64,000 nt of DNA from the human T2T-CHM13v2.0 reference genome, Homo sapiens. The stretch lies in assembly GCF_009914755.1 (NCBI RefSeq), contig NC_060946.1. One strand, 5' to 3'. A program made the position numbers and the translations under genes. This document shows positions 39,400-53,087 of the stretch, piece after piece (positions within the stretch are counted from its first letter, which is position 1; the number at the start of each line of letters is the position of its first letter). Under the pieces are notes generated by a model that was not told where the DNA came from, made no database searches, and saw nothing but the letters and a program-made list of their open reading frames with translations.

Positions 39400-41599
39400 T
39401 AATAATAACAATATGAACACAAAAATTCTAAGATCTAAAATTTAAGCTTTCAGTAGTCCTTCTATAACTGTGAAAGTTTGGTTCCTAAAAAGCCCTGAGG
39501 AATTTATGGGAAAACAAGAGAGACAACATTTAGTAGTGAACCTGTGCATTCTAAATAAAGACAATATCAATGACGTGTTATAGGTCTTCAATTAGTAAGA
39601 ATGAATATTGGACTATGAATTTTTATTCACTGTCACTTGTTTGCTAGATGCTTTGAGAATCTTCCTTGCCTATATTTTCCTGAGATGTTGGTTTTTCTTT
39701 GTCACAGATAACAATGCTCATTCCCTCCCCATTAAAAACTAAATATATATATATATATATATGATTAAACGATTACTACATGTGCTTTGAAATATTCAAA
39801 TATTTTAGACAGTAAAAGTCCCTTGTAATTCAACCCTTTGCACATGATTGGTTAACAGGTTAGTACACATCTACCTAAATTTAAAATCCCATATTTAACA
39901 TGTATACTTATTAGAAAGTACACATTCTAATATTTTTCTATTGTATTTGGTACTATTTTCAGATGCTCCTGCCTTTTTCTTTCGTAATTTTGAAGGACCT
40001 CAGCTCCCTGCCTCCTAGATTTTTGCTACTGTGGTCTCAGAGCTGTGTAATTTGGATGACTGAGATGGAAAAACCTCTGGAAAACCTTTATTTATGTTGA
40101 ATAAGTATTCCTTGAATCCTTCCTCAGCATCCTGGGTTATATTTGATTTGCTCTGCTCATGATAACTTCATGCCAAGGAGACTGCTATCAGTTCTCTTAA
40201 AACAGATCCCAACTCCCTGCTCATAGTGGCCAAAGGAATGGAGATTTCAGGCTGAGTTTACTTACGTGCATCATCTTCATCTATCCAGAAGCATCCCTGC
40301 ACAAAACCTCTGTTTCTACCCTTCCATTCACTCGGCTCACTTTTCTGCTCTTAGTACCCTTTGTTTCTTGTGAACTCTCCAGCAGGAGTGACTTGCAATT
40401 TGTATCCACTGACACTTAAGTTCTCGGAAGTGCTGGAGAAGTGTATGGAAGTAAATTATCCTGATGTATAATTTTGTGCATGTGAAACTCACCGTGGAAG
40501 TGCCTATCTAATTTCAGTATGGAACACAGCTAAACATTTGGATCAATAATCCAGTTTTGAAACCACACTTCATTTAAAGTACAATGTGCTGAAAAAAATG
40601 AAAAAAGGGTGCTTTCAAATTTGTACTTAGTAAACTTTCACTAGATCACATCATATGTTTATCACTAGTCATGTTGTATTTCTATGTGTAATCGCCAGGC
40701 ACTTTTAATTTCTAGTTTGCATTTACCATGCCAGCCTCCTCCTCAATCCCAAATTTCCTTTGGTTATAAATTTAGTAAATTTGAAAGAGCCAGCAGGGAT
40801 TAAACCCTGAAGGTATTCAAATGACTATCTGACGTTATTCCTCATTTCAGCCATTTCGAAAAATTATGCTTTCATTTAGAATAGGCTCTGGGAATCAAAG
40901 TGTGTGTATTTTGCCCAAGTAGAAGACACAGTTTAAAGTTAACATCCTAGCTACTAGAAGGGAAAGCAAACAACATCGCTGCAAAAGGAGCCTATTTTTT
41001 TTTTACCTTACACTAAAACTACATTGTGAAGATCAAACGAAATCAAGATGAGAGTGTGCCTCTTAACGCCAGGTCCAAAGTAGATGCTTATTAAATGATA
41101 GTTTACCCCAATCCTTCACAAATGGTTGATAGGTCTTACTATTTCCCCCCTATTCAAATCTAGAATTTTTTCACTCCCATATACTAATCGATAGTTAATG
41201 GAAAGCACAGAATAGATCATCGTCCAAGTGTTAGGTATTAGCCTGAGGAATCCGGAATCCCATATTTGTAACTGTCCTTCTTGAGAAAGTGCATTTTTCA
41301 GGCGGATTCTAGCCCCATTTTTCCTTTTACCATTTTTACATGTTATGAGAGGTGGCTTAGAAATACTTCGATTTTTGCCTCTTCATCACAACACACTGAA
41401 CGTTAAAATCAAGTGGTTGGGTTTTTATTGGCTTATTTTGTCTCTAACCGTTTTATTTCTCGAGCTGTCATCGTTCTTTTCGTCTTACATCCTTATGAAC
41501 CTTTTCTGGATTAAAAAAATGACGTTATAATAAGGAAACTGTAACTGGCGTTGGATTAGAACGAAGTTGACTCCATTCCTTTTCCTCCCCGTAGTGTGG

Positions 41600-43500
41600 G
41601 CGATACGAGGAAAGACCTCGGCAAGAACCAGCGAAGCCCCGGCTGCCCTCGCCCTGCGGGCGCACACTTGCTCCTCGCGCCGGGCTGCGCCGGGCGCCCG
41701 CGCCGCCTCGGCGTGTGTCCGCGGCTCCCTCCCGCCCTCGCCCGCAGTCCCCCGATCCCGATCCCGGATCTCTGGGTCCACAGCTTGGCTCCCTCCCGAG
41801 CCGGAGCCGGAGCCGGAGCCGAAGTCGCGGCTGGGCCCGGCCGCCCCGTCACAGGGGGAGGGAACCCATGGGGAGGGGGAGGGGCGGTGAGGTCAGCGGC
41901 GGCGGCGCGTCCGCGGGCGGCGGGAGCTTCGCATGCGCGGAGCGAGGCCCGTGAGTGGCAGCGGCGGCGCGCGGGGGGCGGGCGAGGGGCCGAGAGTGGG
42001 GGAGCGGGCGGGGGCCGTCGAGGAGGCGTTGTGTGGGCGCGACGGCTGCGAGTTGGGGAGGTCTGTGGTGCGGGTCGCCCCGGGGGATCCCCGGCGCGGG
42101 CCTCGCGCGACGGCCACGGTCGCGCGGCGTGTGTGGGGGGTCCACGCACACCCGCAAAACTTCCTCCTCCCCTGCTCCGGGAGAGCGAGCGAGCGTGTGT
42201 GAGAGCGAGTGTGAGGAGCGAGCCGCGGCCCGACGCCCAGCGCCGCCGCTGGAGCAGCTGTCAAAACTTCGCCGCCGCCCGGGCCCCGCGGCCCGCCCTC
42301 CCCGCGCCGGGCCCCTTTCTCTTCCTGCTGCGGGCGGCCCGGGGGAGGGGCCGCGGGCGGAGACCCCGGAGGCCGGCGCCCCTCACGCCGCCCGCCCGCC
42401 CGCTCCCCGCCCGGCCCCTGCGCGCGTGCGTGTCCTGCTCGCTCCATGTTGCCGCCTCTCCCGGTACCTGCTGCTGCTCCCGGGGCTTCGGGAAATGCGA
42501 GAGTCTGAGCCGGGGAGGAGGAACCCGAGCAGCGGCGGCGGCGGCCGCGGCGGCGGGAGCCCCCCAAGAGGAGGACCGGGATCCATGTGTCTTTCCTGGT
42601 GACTAGGATGTCGTCGGAGGAGAACAAGTGCGTGGAGCAGCCGCAGCCACCACCCCCCGAGGAGCCTGGAGCCCCGGCCCCGAGCCCCCCAGCCGCAGAC
42701 AAAAGACCTCGGGGCCGGCCTCGCAAGGCGCTTCCCCTTTCCAGAGAGCCAGAAAGAAGTAAGTTGAGTGCGAGGGAGCCAGGCCGGGAGCCAGCGGCGG
42801 CGCCAGGCCGGAGCTGCCACCGGGCGCCCGCCCCGCGGCCTCCACGCCTTGGCGCCCCCCGGCGGGATGGGGGCGGGGCGGGCCCGCGGGCGGCGGCAGC
42901 TCCCGGCCCCGGCCCCACGCCCCTCGGTAGCCGCCCGCGCCCGGCCTCCCCCGCTCCGCGCCGCCCGCCCGGGCTCCCGTCGGCGCCCGGCTTCGCACAC
43001 TTTACTTTTCAGTCGGGCCTTTTCAGTGGGTCTTCTCCGCGACTCTTCTTTTGGAGAAATTTCTCGTAGCCGCGTCTTGGCCTAGCTGGATCATTGAGAA
43101 AACAAGCCCGGAGCGCGCGCAGGTAGTCCCCGGACGGACTCCGAGCGAACCGCCGAGCCGTGGGCGCTCGGGAAACTCGGAGCTGTCAAAACGCCCGGGC
43201 CAGGTGGTCTCGGGGCGCGGGCTGGGGGCGAGAAGAAAGCGGGCGGGCGAGTGCAGCTTTTGTTTGTCAGCGACTCGTTCGTGGAACTTTTCCTGGTCCC
43301 AAACCTGTGTTTTCTTCTTTTGATGATATATTAGGAAGCCATTTGGCTTCTTCCTTCCCCCTCCCCCAACACCCAGCACCGCACTCCCGGGCTCCGAAAG
43401 CACAAGTCCTGTGGGAACCCCCAGCTTCGGGGAACGGCCTGCCTAAGTTTTGGAGACGTAGCCAGCGTCCCCTCGTAAGGCAGAATACCAAGAGCACTTA
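41600..43500. promoter_or_regulatory. CpG-island promoter, duplicated copy of the KMT2C (MLL3) promoter
   Basis: Very high GC and CpG density, GC boxes, NRF1-like GCATGCGC (~41931); surrounds the KMT2C exon 1 copy. Confidence 0.9.
42608..42758 (+). pseudogene. Copy of the KMT2C coding exon 1 with an intact AT-hook, a frameshift after RGRPRK and an intact GTAAGT donor
   Basis: MSSEENKCVEQPQPPPPEEPGAPAPSPPAADKRPRGRPRK versus recalled KMT2C MSSEEDKSVEQPQPPPPPPEEPGAPAPSPAAADKRPRGRPRKDGASPFQRARKK; the bases for GASPFQRARK are present but out of frame. Confidence 0.92.
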
Positions 43501-45222
43501 TTCAGAGAGAGTGCAGATGTAAATGTCGTTTCCCTCGTAAGTCTTAGCTGTAAGGGGCTTGGGAATAGGGTCGCCTGCCTTTGACCGACCGTACTGTAGG
43601 GCTGGACACCGGCTTATTAGAGGACCAGAAATGTCTTCTTACAGAACGGTTATTTGACGGCTTTGCTTGTAAATTAAGACACCGTTTTAGTGCCAGCGAG
43701 CTGCTCGGCTTCTGTGGCTCTCGCGTGTGCCGTGGAAGAACTGTGAATGTCTTTCGAAGTTGTAGAATGGCGTGTGTGCTTACTCATTTCATGAGATGAT
43801 ATTCTCATTGAACTGTCGGGAGTGGAAGGGTGCGCTGGGACGTGAAGGAAGCCAGCACGTTTATGGATAGGCTGTTTCTTTGGTTCGGGTGCATTCACTT
43901 AGTAATAGTGTTGTTTGGTGATTTGTAGTAAAAATAGTAGCGTGAACTGAGGCATAGCAGAGCTGGGTTGTGGGAACCCATTAAGCTCTTGACTTGAATG
44001 TGCTCTTTTCTTGCCCCGCTGTCCTTTTACTATGAAAATGATTCAGGGCCTTCAACTTGCCTCCATATTTTATTGCCAGCTCTTACCTAGCTATGATAAT
44101 CGTGAGGGAGGCAAGTACAGGATGTGTGTACGTTATTACATTAGCTTCTTCGTGATACAAAGTTAGGACTTACTTATGCCACTTGCGTTGTAATACAATG
44201 GCAAATATAAAATGCCCTTATTCTATATTAACTGAAATTTGGAGAAGGAAGTGGAGGTTTAGGTAATTTTTAGACGTCTAAGCCACTTTTTTGCATCCTT
44301 TAAAGCAACTCAGGACAAGCCATATTGGGGGTTTTACCTTGATTGCCTCCCATTTCACTATTTGCAAAGGATTTCTTCATCTCTTACTGAACATTAATTT
44401 GCAATTTTTTTTTTAAATTTGCATTTGAATTCTTACTCCAGAAAGATTAGATCTGTGTTGTCACACCCCACACCCCATACTCCTGTAAGGGCGTGCTTGT
44501 GCACGCGCACACGCGCACACTCACACGCACGCGCACACTCGCACACACCCTACTTTTGAAATGAGCTCATTTGTATTAGTGCAGCTCCTGAGTGCACTGG
44601 ACGATTAGGGTATTGCCACTTTATTATTTTAATTCTTAATCTCATATTATGAAGAAATAGGTAGCCTTTGGAGAAGATAAAAAATTTCTGCTGAATAACA
44701 GTATAATCTAACTATGAAACATCAAAACTTTTGGAAATATTTAGAACAAATGTAAGTCTGTAGAGAGCTTTTTCTTTTAGATTTGAAAACTAGTACTGCT
44801 TTCTTTATAGGAAAGTAAAGTCTACTGGTAAATTTCACGGGTCTAAACTTTTTAGAGCTTTTTTTTGAAATTGTGTCTTTTGAAGGGAGTGGAATCTCCA
44901 GTTGTTTTTAGAAACATGTAAATGGAAACTAACATATGAATTGGAAAGCAAAGAGAAAGTTTTTCAATTGTGTATCTCTATACTGTATAAGAATCCATGC
45001 AGAAAAGACCCTGTAGTTGGATAGTAAAGACCCTGAAGGTGAAACTTATGTGTAACCAGTGTAAATTAGGTTTGTAACCAGTGAAATTATGTGAAATTGC
45101 AAATAATTCACCTGAGAAATGAAAATTAATCTTCTTTGCTAAATGCCATAGAGATATTTTAAGTTGCTAATGTTACTTAGATGTTCATTAACTTAGTGAG
45201 TTACATTAAGTAGAGAAGATGC

Positions 45223-45512
45223 CTTTTTTTTTTTTCTGTACGAAGTCTTGCTCTGTAGCCCAGTGTAGTGGTATGATCTCGGCTCACCACAACCTCCGCC
45301 TCCTGTATTCAAGCGACTCTCCTGCCTCAGCCTCCAGAGTAGCTGGGATTACAGGTGTGCACCATCGCACCTAGCTAATTTTTTGTATTTTTAGCAGAGA
45401 CAGCATTTCACCATGTTGGCCAGGCTGTTCTTGAACCCCCGACCTCAGGTAATCCACCCTCCTTAGCCTCCCAAAGTGCCAGGATTACAGGCGTGAGCCA
45501 CTGCACCCTGCT
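45223..45512 (-). mobile_element. AluS
   Basis: TSD GAGAAGATGCCTTTT at ~45213 and 45513. Confidence 0.9.
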
Positions 45513-46716
45513 GAGAAGATGCCTTTTGACAATGAAGTGGATTTGTATATTTATCTTTGGCTTAAAAAAACATGCACCACCAATTACACTTTCCTCAAGT
45601 TTAAATTTTTAATAATTAGGAAAATAAAGCATTTTCTTGTCTTATAGTGTTAGCTAGATTGTTTTTGTGTATTTTGTCATGAATAAAAAGCATAGCTATA
45701 TAGTTACTGCTTTTACATTAACTATAAATATCTTAAAATTTTACTACCTAAAATCAGGAAACTTGAACTGAAGCTACTAATCTTAGAGTTGGAAAAGTAA
45801 ATACATAGAGGTTTCCTGTTGTACAAATGTCAAGTGGCACAGTGAAATTTACATTCATTTGAAAGTTTTCCTTAACTGTAAAAAGTATCAAATTACTTGA
45901 TACTTTGGAGTAGTTCATCATCTTTATCAGAGGCACAGGTCTTAACCATTGGCAAGCCTCTGTCAGAATATGCACATATTAAAGATCTGATTATTTTTGT
46001 GTTAATGTTAAAAAATTTTTCTGAAGCTTTTATCTTATTTTTTCCATCCTTACACCGTAAATTCACATTACCAAGTTGGGAAGCCAAAGAAACATTCTAC
46101 TCTACTATGTTTCTTACCAGTTCATGAAAGTTGATGTTAGAAATGGGTGTGGGTGTGGGGGATGGGGGTGGTTGTACAGAAGCAGCAGGTGGTAGGGATA
46201 GGATTTCTGAAGCACTATCCTTGGCCTTTTTTGAGTAAACTCTTTATACCCTGAGCCACTTTCTTTTCAGAGGGCAATTGCTATTATTAGAGAGCCACCT
46301 TAAGCATTATTGTTGTAGAAAAATTAGGCACAACCAGTGATTGTCATTACAAGGACCAGCAAAAATGGCTAGGTTGCTACTCTGTATTTGTAACGCCCTT
46401 CCCCCAACAAAATTTCTCCTTTTCATATCTGTGAATTAGAAATAAGTGATAGAAAACTGTACTGCATTACAATATATACCATTTAATAAAACAAGTTTAT
46501 AGTTGAGAGCACTATTCATGCTTTTTGAGATAATGCAAATTTGTAATTTTTATGATAGCAATTCTTAATAATTTATTGTCCAAGAGATTTGATAAAATTT
46601 TTGATAGTTATTGGTCTCTGGGACTCAATAGGCACTGAAATGTTTTAATTCAGTTGAAAAGTTGGTTCAGGATTGCTACCCTCTCTTACCTGTTAGGAGG
46701 TTGTTGTTTAACCTGA

Positions 46717-47050
<334 letters not shown>

Positions 47051-47100
47051 CAGGGAATTTCTAATATTTGAGAAGATGTTATTTTTAGTCTATTATACAA

Positions 47101-47188
47101 ATTTATATATTGTTTACTAATATATAAATTTACATATTGGTTACTAATATGTAAACACCAATTTACATATTGGTTACTAATATGTAAA
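47101..47188. repeat. Three copies of a ~28-bp AT-rich quasi-palindrome
   Basis: TTTACATATT-GGTTACT-AATATGTAAA twice, plus one diverged copy. Confidence 0.85.
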
Positions 47189-47405
47189 CTTGATAAACAT
47201 GGATTTCCATGGAAATTTAAAAGTATCACAACAATTTGTTTTCCCATTCTGAAACTTGTGATTTATTACATTTTCCTACTATTTCAGTTAATTCCATAAT
47301 GCCAGATTTGTTGTAAATTTGCCGAGTGACAAGCCACACTGCTTCCTCTCATTCCTCTATTCCACAAAACTGCAAAGTTTCCCAGACCACAGTCAGGTTT
47401 CTCTG

Positions 47406-47544
47406 GGTTGTCCAACTCTGTAAACTTACAGAGTGGTTGTCCAACTCTGTAAACTTACAGAGTGGTTGTCCAACTCTGTAAACTTACAGAGTGGTTGTCC
47501 AACTCTGTAAACTTACAGAGTGGTTGTCCAACTCTGTAAACTTA
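47406..47544. repeat. Perfect 29-bp minisatellite, 4.8 copies, each with an internal inverted repeat
   Basis: GGTTGTCCAACTCTGTAAACTTACAGAGT at 47406, 47435, 47464 and 47493, partial at 47522. Confidence 0.95.
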
Positions 47545-47635
47545 AGTCACTTTAAGTTTATGACGGAGGGGCTTCGTGAAACTTCATTGACCTTCCAAGG
47601 TGAAAATTGGTCAGTTTTCAGTTATAAAGGACATT

Positions 47636-47925
47636 AAGGATGGGTGTGGTGGCTGATACATGTAATCCCAGCACTTTCGGGAGACTGAGTCAGGAGGATC
47701 ACTTAATCCTCATTTAAAAGGAGTTTGAGACCAGCCTGGGCAACAAAGTGAGGCCTTGTCTCTACAAAAAAATTAGCTGGGTGTGGTGGTAGGCACTTGT
47801 AGTCCCAACTACTCTGGAGACTGAGCTGAGAGAAGATTGTGTGAGGCTTGGAGGTTGAGGCTGCAGTGAACGGACATCACACCACTACACTCTAGTCAGG
47901 TGACAGAGCAAGACTCTAAATAAAT
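47636..47925 (+). mobile_element. AluJ-like element
   Basis: Diverged Alu dimer. Confidence 0.8.
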
Positions 47926-48267
47926 AGGAACATTAGATGGTCTCTCTGCACTCTTGCCTGGTGGGGACGTGTTAGATACCCTCGTTAGGTTGTGATTTAG
48001 TTTTTAATCTGTGAGATGTTTGGGTCAAACAATTTTTAGCTGCCATGGAATAAACTTTCCAGTCAGCGTGTGAGTTTGTGTTTGCCTTTACTTTTTTTTT
48101 TCTATATTGTTTTGGTCTATTTTTATCTTTTAATTTCAGAAAGCTGATTAATCTCTTCCTTTTCTCTTTAAAAATTTTCTTTATCATGTTTGTGCTACAG
48201 TGGTTATTTTGAGAACTTGTTGGCAGGATAAGTTGCAAAAGTTATGAAGTAGAATAGGGATGATTTC

Positions 48268-48571
48268 TGTTTTTGTTTTTTTTTTTTTCAGACAGAGTCT
48301 CACTCTCTTGCCTAGGCTGGAGTGCAGTGGCGTGATCCTGGCTCACTGCAGCCGCCGCCCTCCGGATTCAAGTGATTTGCCTGGCTCAGCCTCCCAAAAA
48401 GCTGGGATTACAGGTGCATGCCACCACACCCAGCTAATTTTTGTGTTTTTAGTAGAGATGGGTGTTCACCATGTTGGCCAGGCTGGTCTCAAACTCCTGA
48501 CCTCAGGTGATCTGCCTGCCTCCGCACTCCCAAAGTGCTGGGATTACAGACGTGAGCCACCATGCCTGGCT
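48268..48571 (-). mobile_element. AluS
   Basis: Full antisense Alu; TSD-like GGGATGATTTCT / GAGATTATTTCT. Confidence 0.9.
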
Positions 48572-48647
48572 GAGATTATTTCTTTTTTTATTATAGCCAT
48601 TGCTTGTAGATATATGCTGGTGGTTATCTGTAAAAATGTAATAGAAA

Positions 48648-48962
<315 letters not shown>

Positions 48963-49399
48963 TTATAATTGGAAGTGTTGATCCCTTTATTTGCAGAATT
49001 TATTTATTTGTGACGCAGCTGTTGCTACCTCGCCTTTTCTTTTGTTGAGCTTAATCTCATGTCAAGTCATTCAACCAACTCAAAAGCGATGAAGACATTA
49101 TTGAATCAACCTGAACTAAATCAGACCTAGGCTTCTTAAAATATACAGCTTAATGCTTCCAAATGATTTAGAAAACTAAAAAACCTAGCTACGCTGTAGG
49201 ACACACAGTGGCCAATAATACAGGACCCCCAAACTGGCCAGTGGACCACTGCAACCACTATTTACTTCCTCCGTGTTTAGGAATGTTCAACGCTCCAAGC
49301 CCCATAGGCTGATTCAAGAAGATAAAGTGAGACTCAAGGAATTTCGAAGTGGAACAATACACCAAAGCCTTAAACCTGAAATGACTCTCCTTTTCTGGG

Positions 49400-50915
49400 G
49401 GGTGAGGGGGAAAGAAAAAGAAAAAGTTTCTAGGGCTCTCGGGGTGGCCTGGATGCCAGGGTCCCAGAAGTGGCCTTTTCTAGCTCCTGTAACTAAACCT
49501 GGCGGAAAACTCCCCGCCTGCTCACTCCACCCCCACCCGCCCAAGAATGCGTCTTCCCGTCTTCGGTGGCCCTACCCAGAATCCCAAAATGTGGGTTCCA
49601 ACCCGGGCCCTGAATGTCTTCTCAAATCCCCGGGACCCAGGTTCCGGTGCGTGCCTTGCGTGCCGGGTCTTGCCCCTCGGGCGGTACCACCCAGGCAGCC
49701 CTAAATCCAGCCTCCCGGGCCCCCAGCAGCGCCCTCCGCCCCTCCACTATCCGGTCCGGCTCGAAGTCGGGGCCAAATCCAGAGACAAGAGGGCTGTGCC
49801 TGAAACTGAGCAGTTTCACCACTCGGCACTCCTGGCGGAAACTTCCCTTTAAAAAAAAGAAAAGAAAAGAAAAGCAACAGCACTTTTGGGCTAGCATTTC
49901 AATCCTTCCTGCCCTTTAGAGTTCCCAGTTCTGCTTCCAGCTGGCTTTGGGTGTTCCACTAGAATTGAGTTGTAAAGATATTCTTTAAGTGTTTATAGAA
50001 CATTAAGACTTAAAAAAAATCTTTAAAATTAGAGGAGGGAAAAAGCCACCTTATCGCACACATCCAGGAAATGCAGCCCCGTGCATCCCTGCTCAGGGAT
50101 GAGCAGGCGCCCCAGGACTCCCGGAGACAGATTTTTGGGCACCCGAGGGAGTCACCGGGCGCGTGTCGGGGTCCGCGGTGAGGCCCAGCCCCTCCGGCGG
50201 TCCCTTAGACGCGCCCTCTGCCCGGCCGGTGTGGACCGTCCCGGCCATTGTTTACGGGGGATGCCCGTCCAGACGCATTGTTTTGGCCGTTTCCAACTTG
50301 CCCCGGCCCTTTCCGGGGCATCGCGGGGGACCCTACACCGACGTCCCCCCTCCGCCCGCGCCCCAAGGGCTGACTGGGCAAATTGGCAGATCCGCCCCGC
50401 GGGGCGACCCAACTTTTCGGAACAGCCCCCCACCGCCCACCCCTGCAGATCCCCGGACCCCCGCTCCCGGCGGAGATTCAGGGAACCCCGCATCCCAAGC
50501 CCTTCTAAATCGTGCGGCCTGAGTGTGACGGCCAAGAGCGGATGCAGCCCGGGATCGCCCGCACCTTCCCGTGGGCGGAAGCGCAGGAGCCGGCTGGGGA
50601 GGGGGCGCCCTAGAGAAGCGGCTAGAAAGCTGAGACGGGGAACTGAGGTCATCCTGGGGGGGACAAGACAATGAGAGCCGGGCGCCTTGGGGGCGGCGCG
50701 GGAGCCTCCGCAGGACCAGGCGGGCGCCCCCTTTACCTGCGGCTCCGGCGCCTCGGCCGTTTCCTCGCGCGGCGGCGGCCGGGACTGAGCTGACACCACT
50801 CAGCCGGCGGGGTTTGAATGAGGAGGAGCGGGCGCGGAGGGGAGGGGGCGGGGAGGGAGGGAGGGAGGCGTCGCGGAGTTTCTCTCGGCCTTTTGTGCCA
50901 TCCGCCGAGGCGCCT
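49400..50915 (-). promoter_or_regulatory. Second CpG island with a first-exon-like segment (~50880-50737) and a CAG|GTAAAG donor on the minus strand; parent gene not recognised
   Basis: CpG-rich, GC boxes (GGGGGCGGG at ~50844), CTTTACCTGC at 50731-50740. Confidence 0.65.
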
Positions 50916-51885
50916 TGAGTATAAATCCAGATAGTGCAGTTTTTGTTGTGCTTGTGCTGATCAACTTTATGGTGTGATTAAATACGATTTTTTTTATTAC
51001 GCTCTTGAAATTGTACTCTTGAGGTTGCAGAATGGCAATTAGATGGCAGTCGCTGATAGCCATGTAGAAGTTTTGATGAACATGCAAGTTAATTTTAATT
51101 TCTGATCAGTTACGGTTAGTGACTGTGGCCAAACATGTGCGTACTGATTCTACATGTGTGCTAATTCCGTGACGTTTATTCACCAGCTATGTGTCCCGTG
51201 CCTAATCCTGTGTCAGGCACCTTGTTCCAGGCATTGGGGGCAGCAGTGGACAAGGCAACAGAGTCTCCATCCTGAGGTGTTACTTTTAGAAAAAGATAGT
51301 TACAAGCAAATAAACAGGATGGTTTTAGATCTGGACAGAGGTTTTCAGAGGAAGTCATCCTTGAGCTGTCACAATGCTTTGGGGGTAGGGTGTGCTGGGT
51401 AATCAGGGATGGCACATTTGGGGTGCCTAAGGATTGCTGTGGCCCTGGGAGCCTAGGACAGTTGGTCACAATTGACTTATTAGAGTCAGTCTCAGAAGCT
51501 TTCCTGGAGAAAGAATTGCTGCTGTTTTGCCAGGAGGGTTTCCTTCCCCATCTGACCACACAAGAAGACCCCTTGGCCTAGAATGCCTACCCTCATCTCC
51601 AGGTCTCCCAGGCTGTTCACCCTCCCAGGCAAAGTGGAAGCTTCCTCTGTCCTAAGATCGTTTCCCACTGAACCTCCTTCATTTTCCTTCACTGCAGAGA
51701 AATAATCCTACAAGGTCTTGTGTGGAGAGTGATGGTAACTTCTTTAACCCAGATAATTGAGAATTGGAACCAAAACATCTGTGTATTAATAAATATTTTC
51801 AGTAACTAGGTTATGCTATTTCCCTGAGTGGGAAATAACACTCCATCATGTTTCTTTTTTTGGGGGGCAAGGGGGGAGTCAAAGT

Positions 51886-52325
51886 TGTCAGGCCTCTGAG
51901 CCCAGGCCAGGCCATCGCATCCCGTGACTTGCACATATACATCCAGATGGCCTGAAGTAATTGAAGATCCACAGAAGAAGTAAAAACAGCCTTAACTGAT
52001 GACATTCCACCATTGTGATTTGTTCCTGCCCCACCCTAACTGATCAATGTACTTTGTAATCTCCCCCACCCTTAAGAAGGTTCTTTGTAATTCTCCCCAC
52101 CCTTGAGAATGTACTTTGTGAGATCCACCCCTGCCCACCAGAGAACAACCCCCTTTGACTGTAATTTTCCATTACCTTCCCAAATCCTATAAAACAGCCC
52201 CACCCCTATCTCCCTTCACTTGACTCTCTTTTCAGACTCAGCCCACCTGCACCCAGGTGAAATAAACAGCTTTATTGCTCACACGAAGCCTGTTTGGTGG
52301 TCTCTTCACACGGATGCGCATGAAA
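51886..52325 (+). promoter_or_regulatory. HERV-H 5' LTR (LTR7 family, LTR7Y/LTR7B-type U3)
   Basis: TGTCAGGCCTCTGAGCCC...ATGAAA; TATAAAA at ~52188; CCCCACCCTT repeats; AATAAA. Confidence 0.93.
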
Positions 52326-52327
52326 TT

Positions 52328-52345
52328 TGGTGCCGTGACTTGGAT
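52328..52345 (+). other. Primer binding site complementary to tRNA-His
   Basis: TGGTGCCGTGACTTGGAT, one mismatch to TGGTGCCGTGACTCGGAT. Confidence 0.9.
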
Positions 52346-53087
52346 CGGGGGACCTCCCTTAGGAGATCAATCCCCTGTCCTCCTGCTCTTTGCTCCGTGA
52401 GAAAGATCCACCTACGACCTCAGGTCCTCAGACCGACCAGCCCAAGAAACATCTCACCAATTTCAAATCTGGTAAGCGGCCTCTTTTTACTCTCTTCTCC
52501 ATTCCTCCTCCTTCTCCCTTAGCTTCTCCAACCTCCCTCACTATCCCTCAACCTCTTTCTCCTTTCAATCTTGGCGCCACACTTCAATCTCTCCCTTCTC
52601 TTAATTTCAATTCCTTTCATTTTCTGGAAGAGACAAAAGAGACATGTTTTATCCGTGAACCCAAAACTCCGGCGCTGGTCACGGACTGGGAAGGCAGCCT
52701 TCCCTTGGTGTTTAATCATTGCAGGGACGCCTCTCTGATTATACACTCACGTTTCAAGGGTGTCAGACCACGCAGGGACGCCTGCCTTGGTCCTTCACCC
52801 TTAGCGGCAAGTCCCGCTTTCCTGGGGCAGGGGCAAGTACCCCTCAACCCCTTCTCCTTCACCCTCAGCGGCAAGTCCCGCTTTTCTGGGGCAGGGGCAA
52901 GTACCCCTCAACCCCTTCCCCTTCACACTTAGTGGCAAGTCCCGCTTTCCTGGGGCAGGGGCAAGTACCCCTCAACGCCTTCTCCTTCACCCTTAGTGGC
53001 AAGTCCCGCTTTTCTAGGGGGCAAGAACCCCCAAACCCCTTCCATCTGTGTCTCTACGCTCTCTTCTGTGGGTTTGCTTCCTTCACT

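Noticed and set aside
41485-43522. Overlapping 100-341 aa Gly/Ala/Arg/Pro-rich ORFs on both strands
   Set aside because: Stop-codon depletion in a CpG island; only the KMT2C-derived frame has homology
47406-47544. CRISPR-like 29-bp hairpin direct repeats
   Set aside because: Units abut with no spacers, there are no cas genes, and the context is a human intron
49273-51087. ORFs up to 215 aa in the second CpG island
   Set aside because: GC-driven, with no recognisable domain
52796-53040. ~64-bp tandem repeats (GGCAAGTCCCGCTTT...GGCAAGTACCCCTCAACCCC)
   Set aside because: Normal variable repeat of the HERV-H leader
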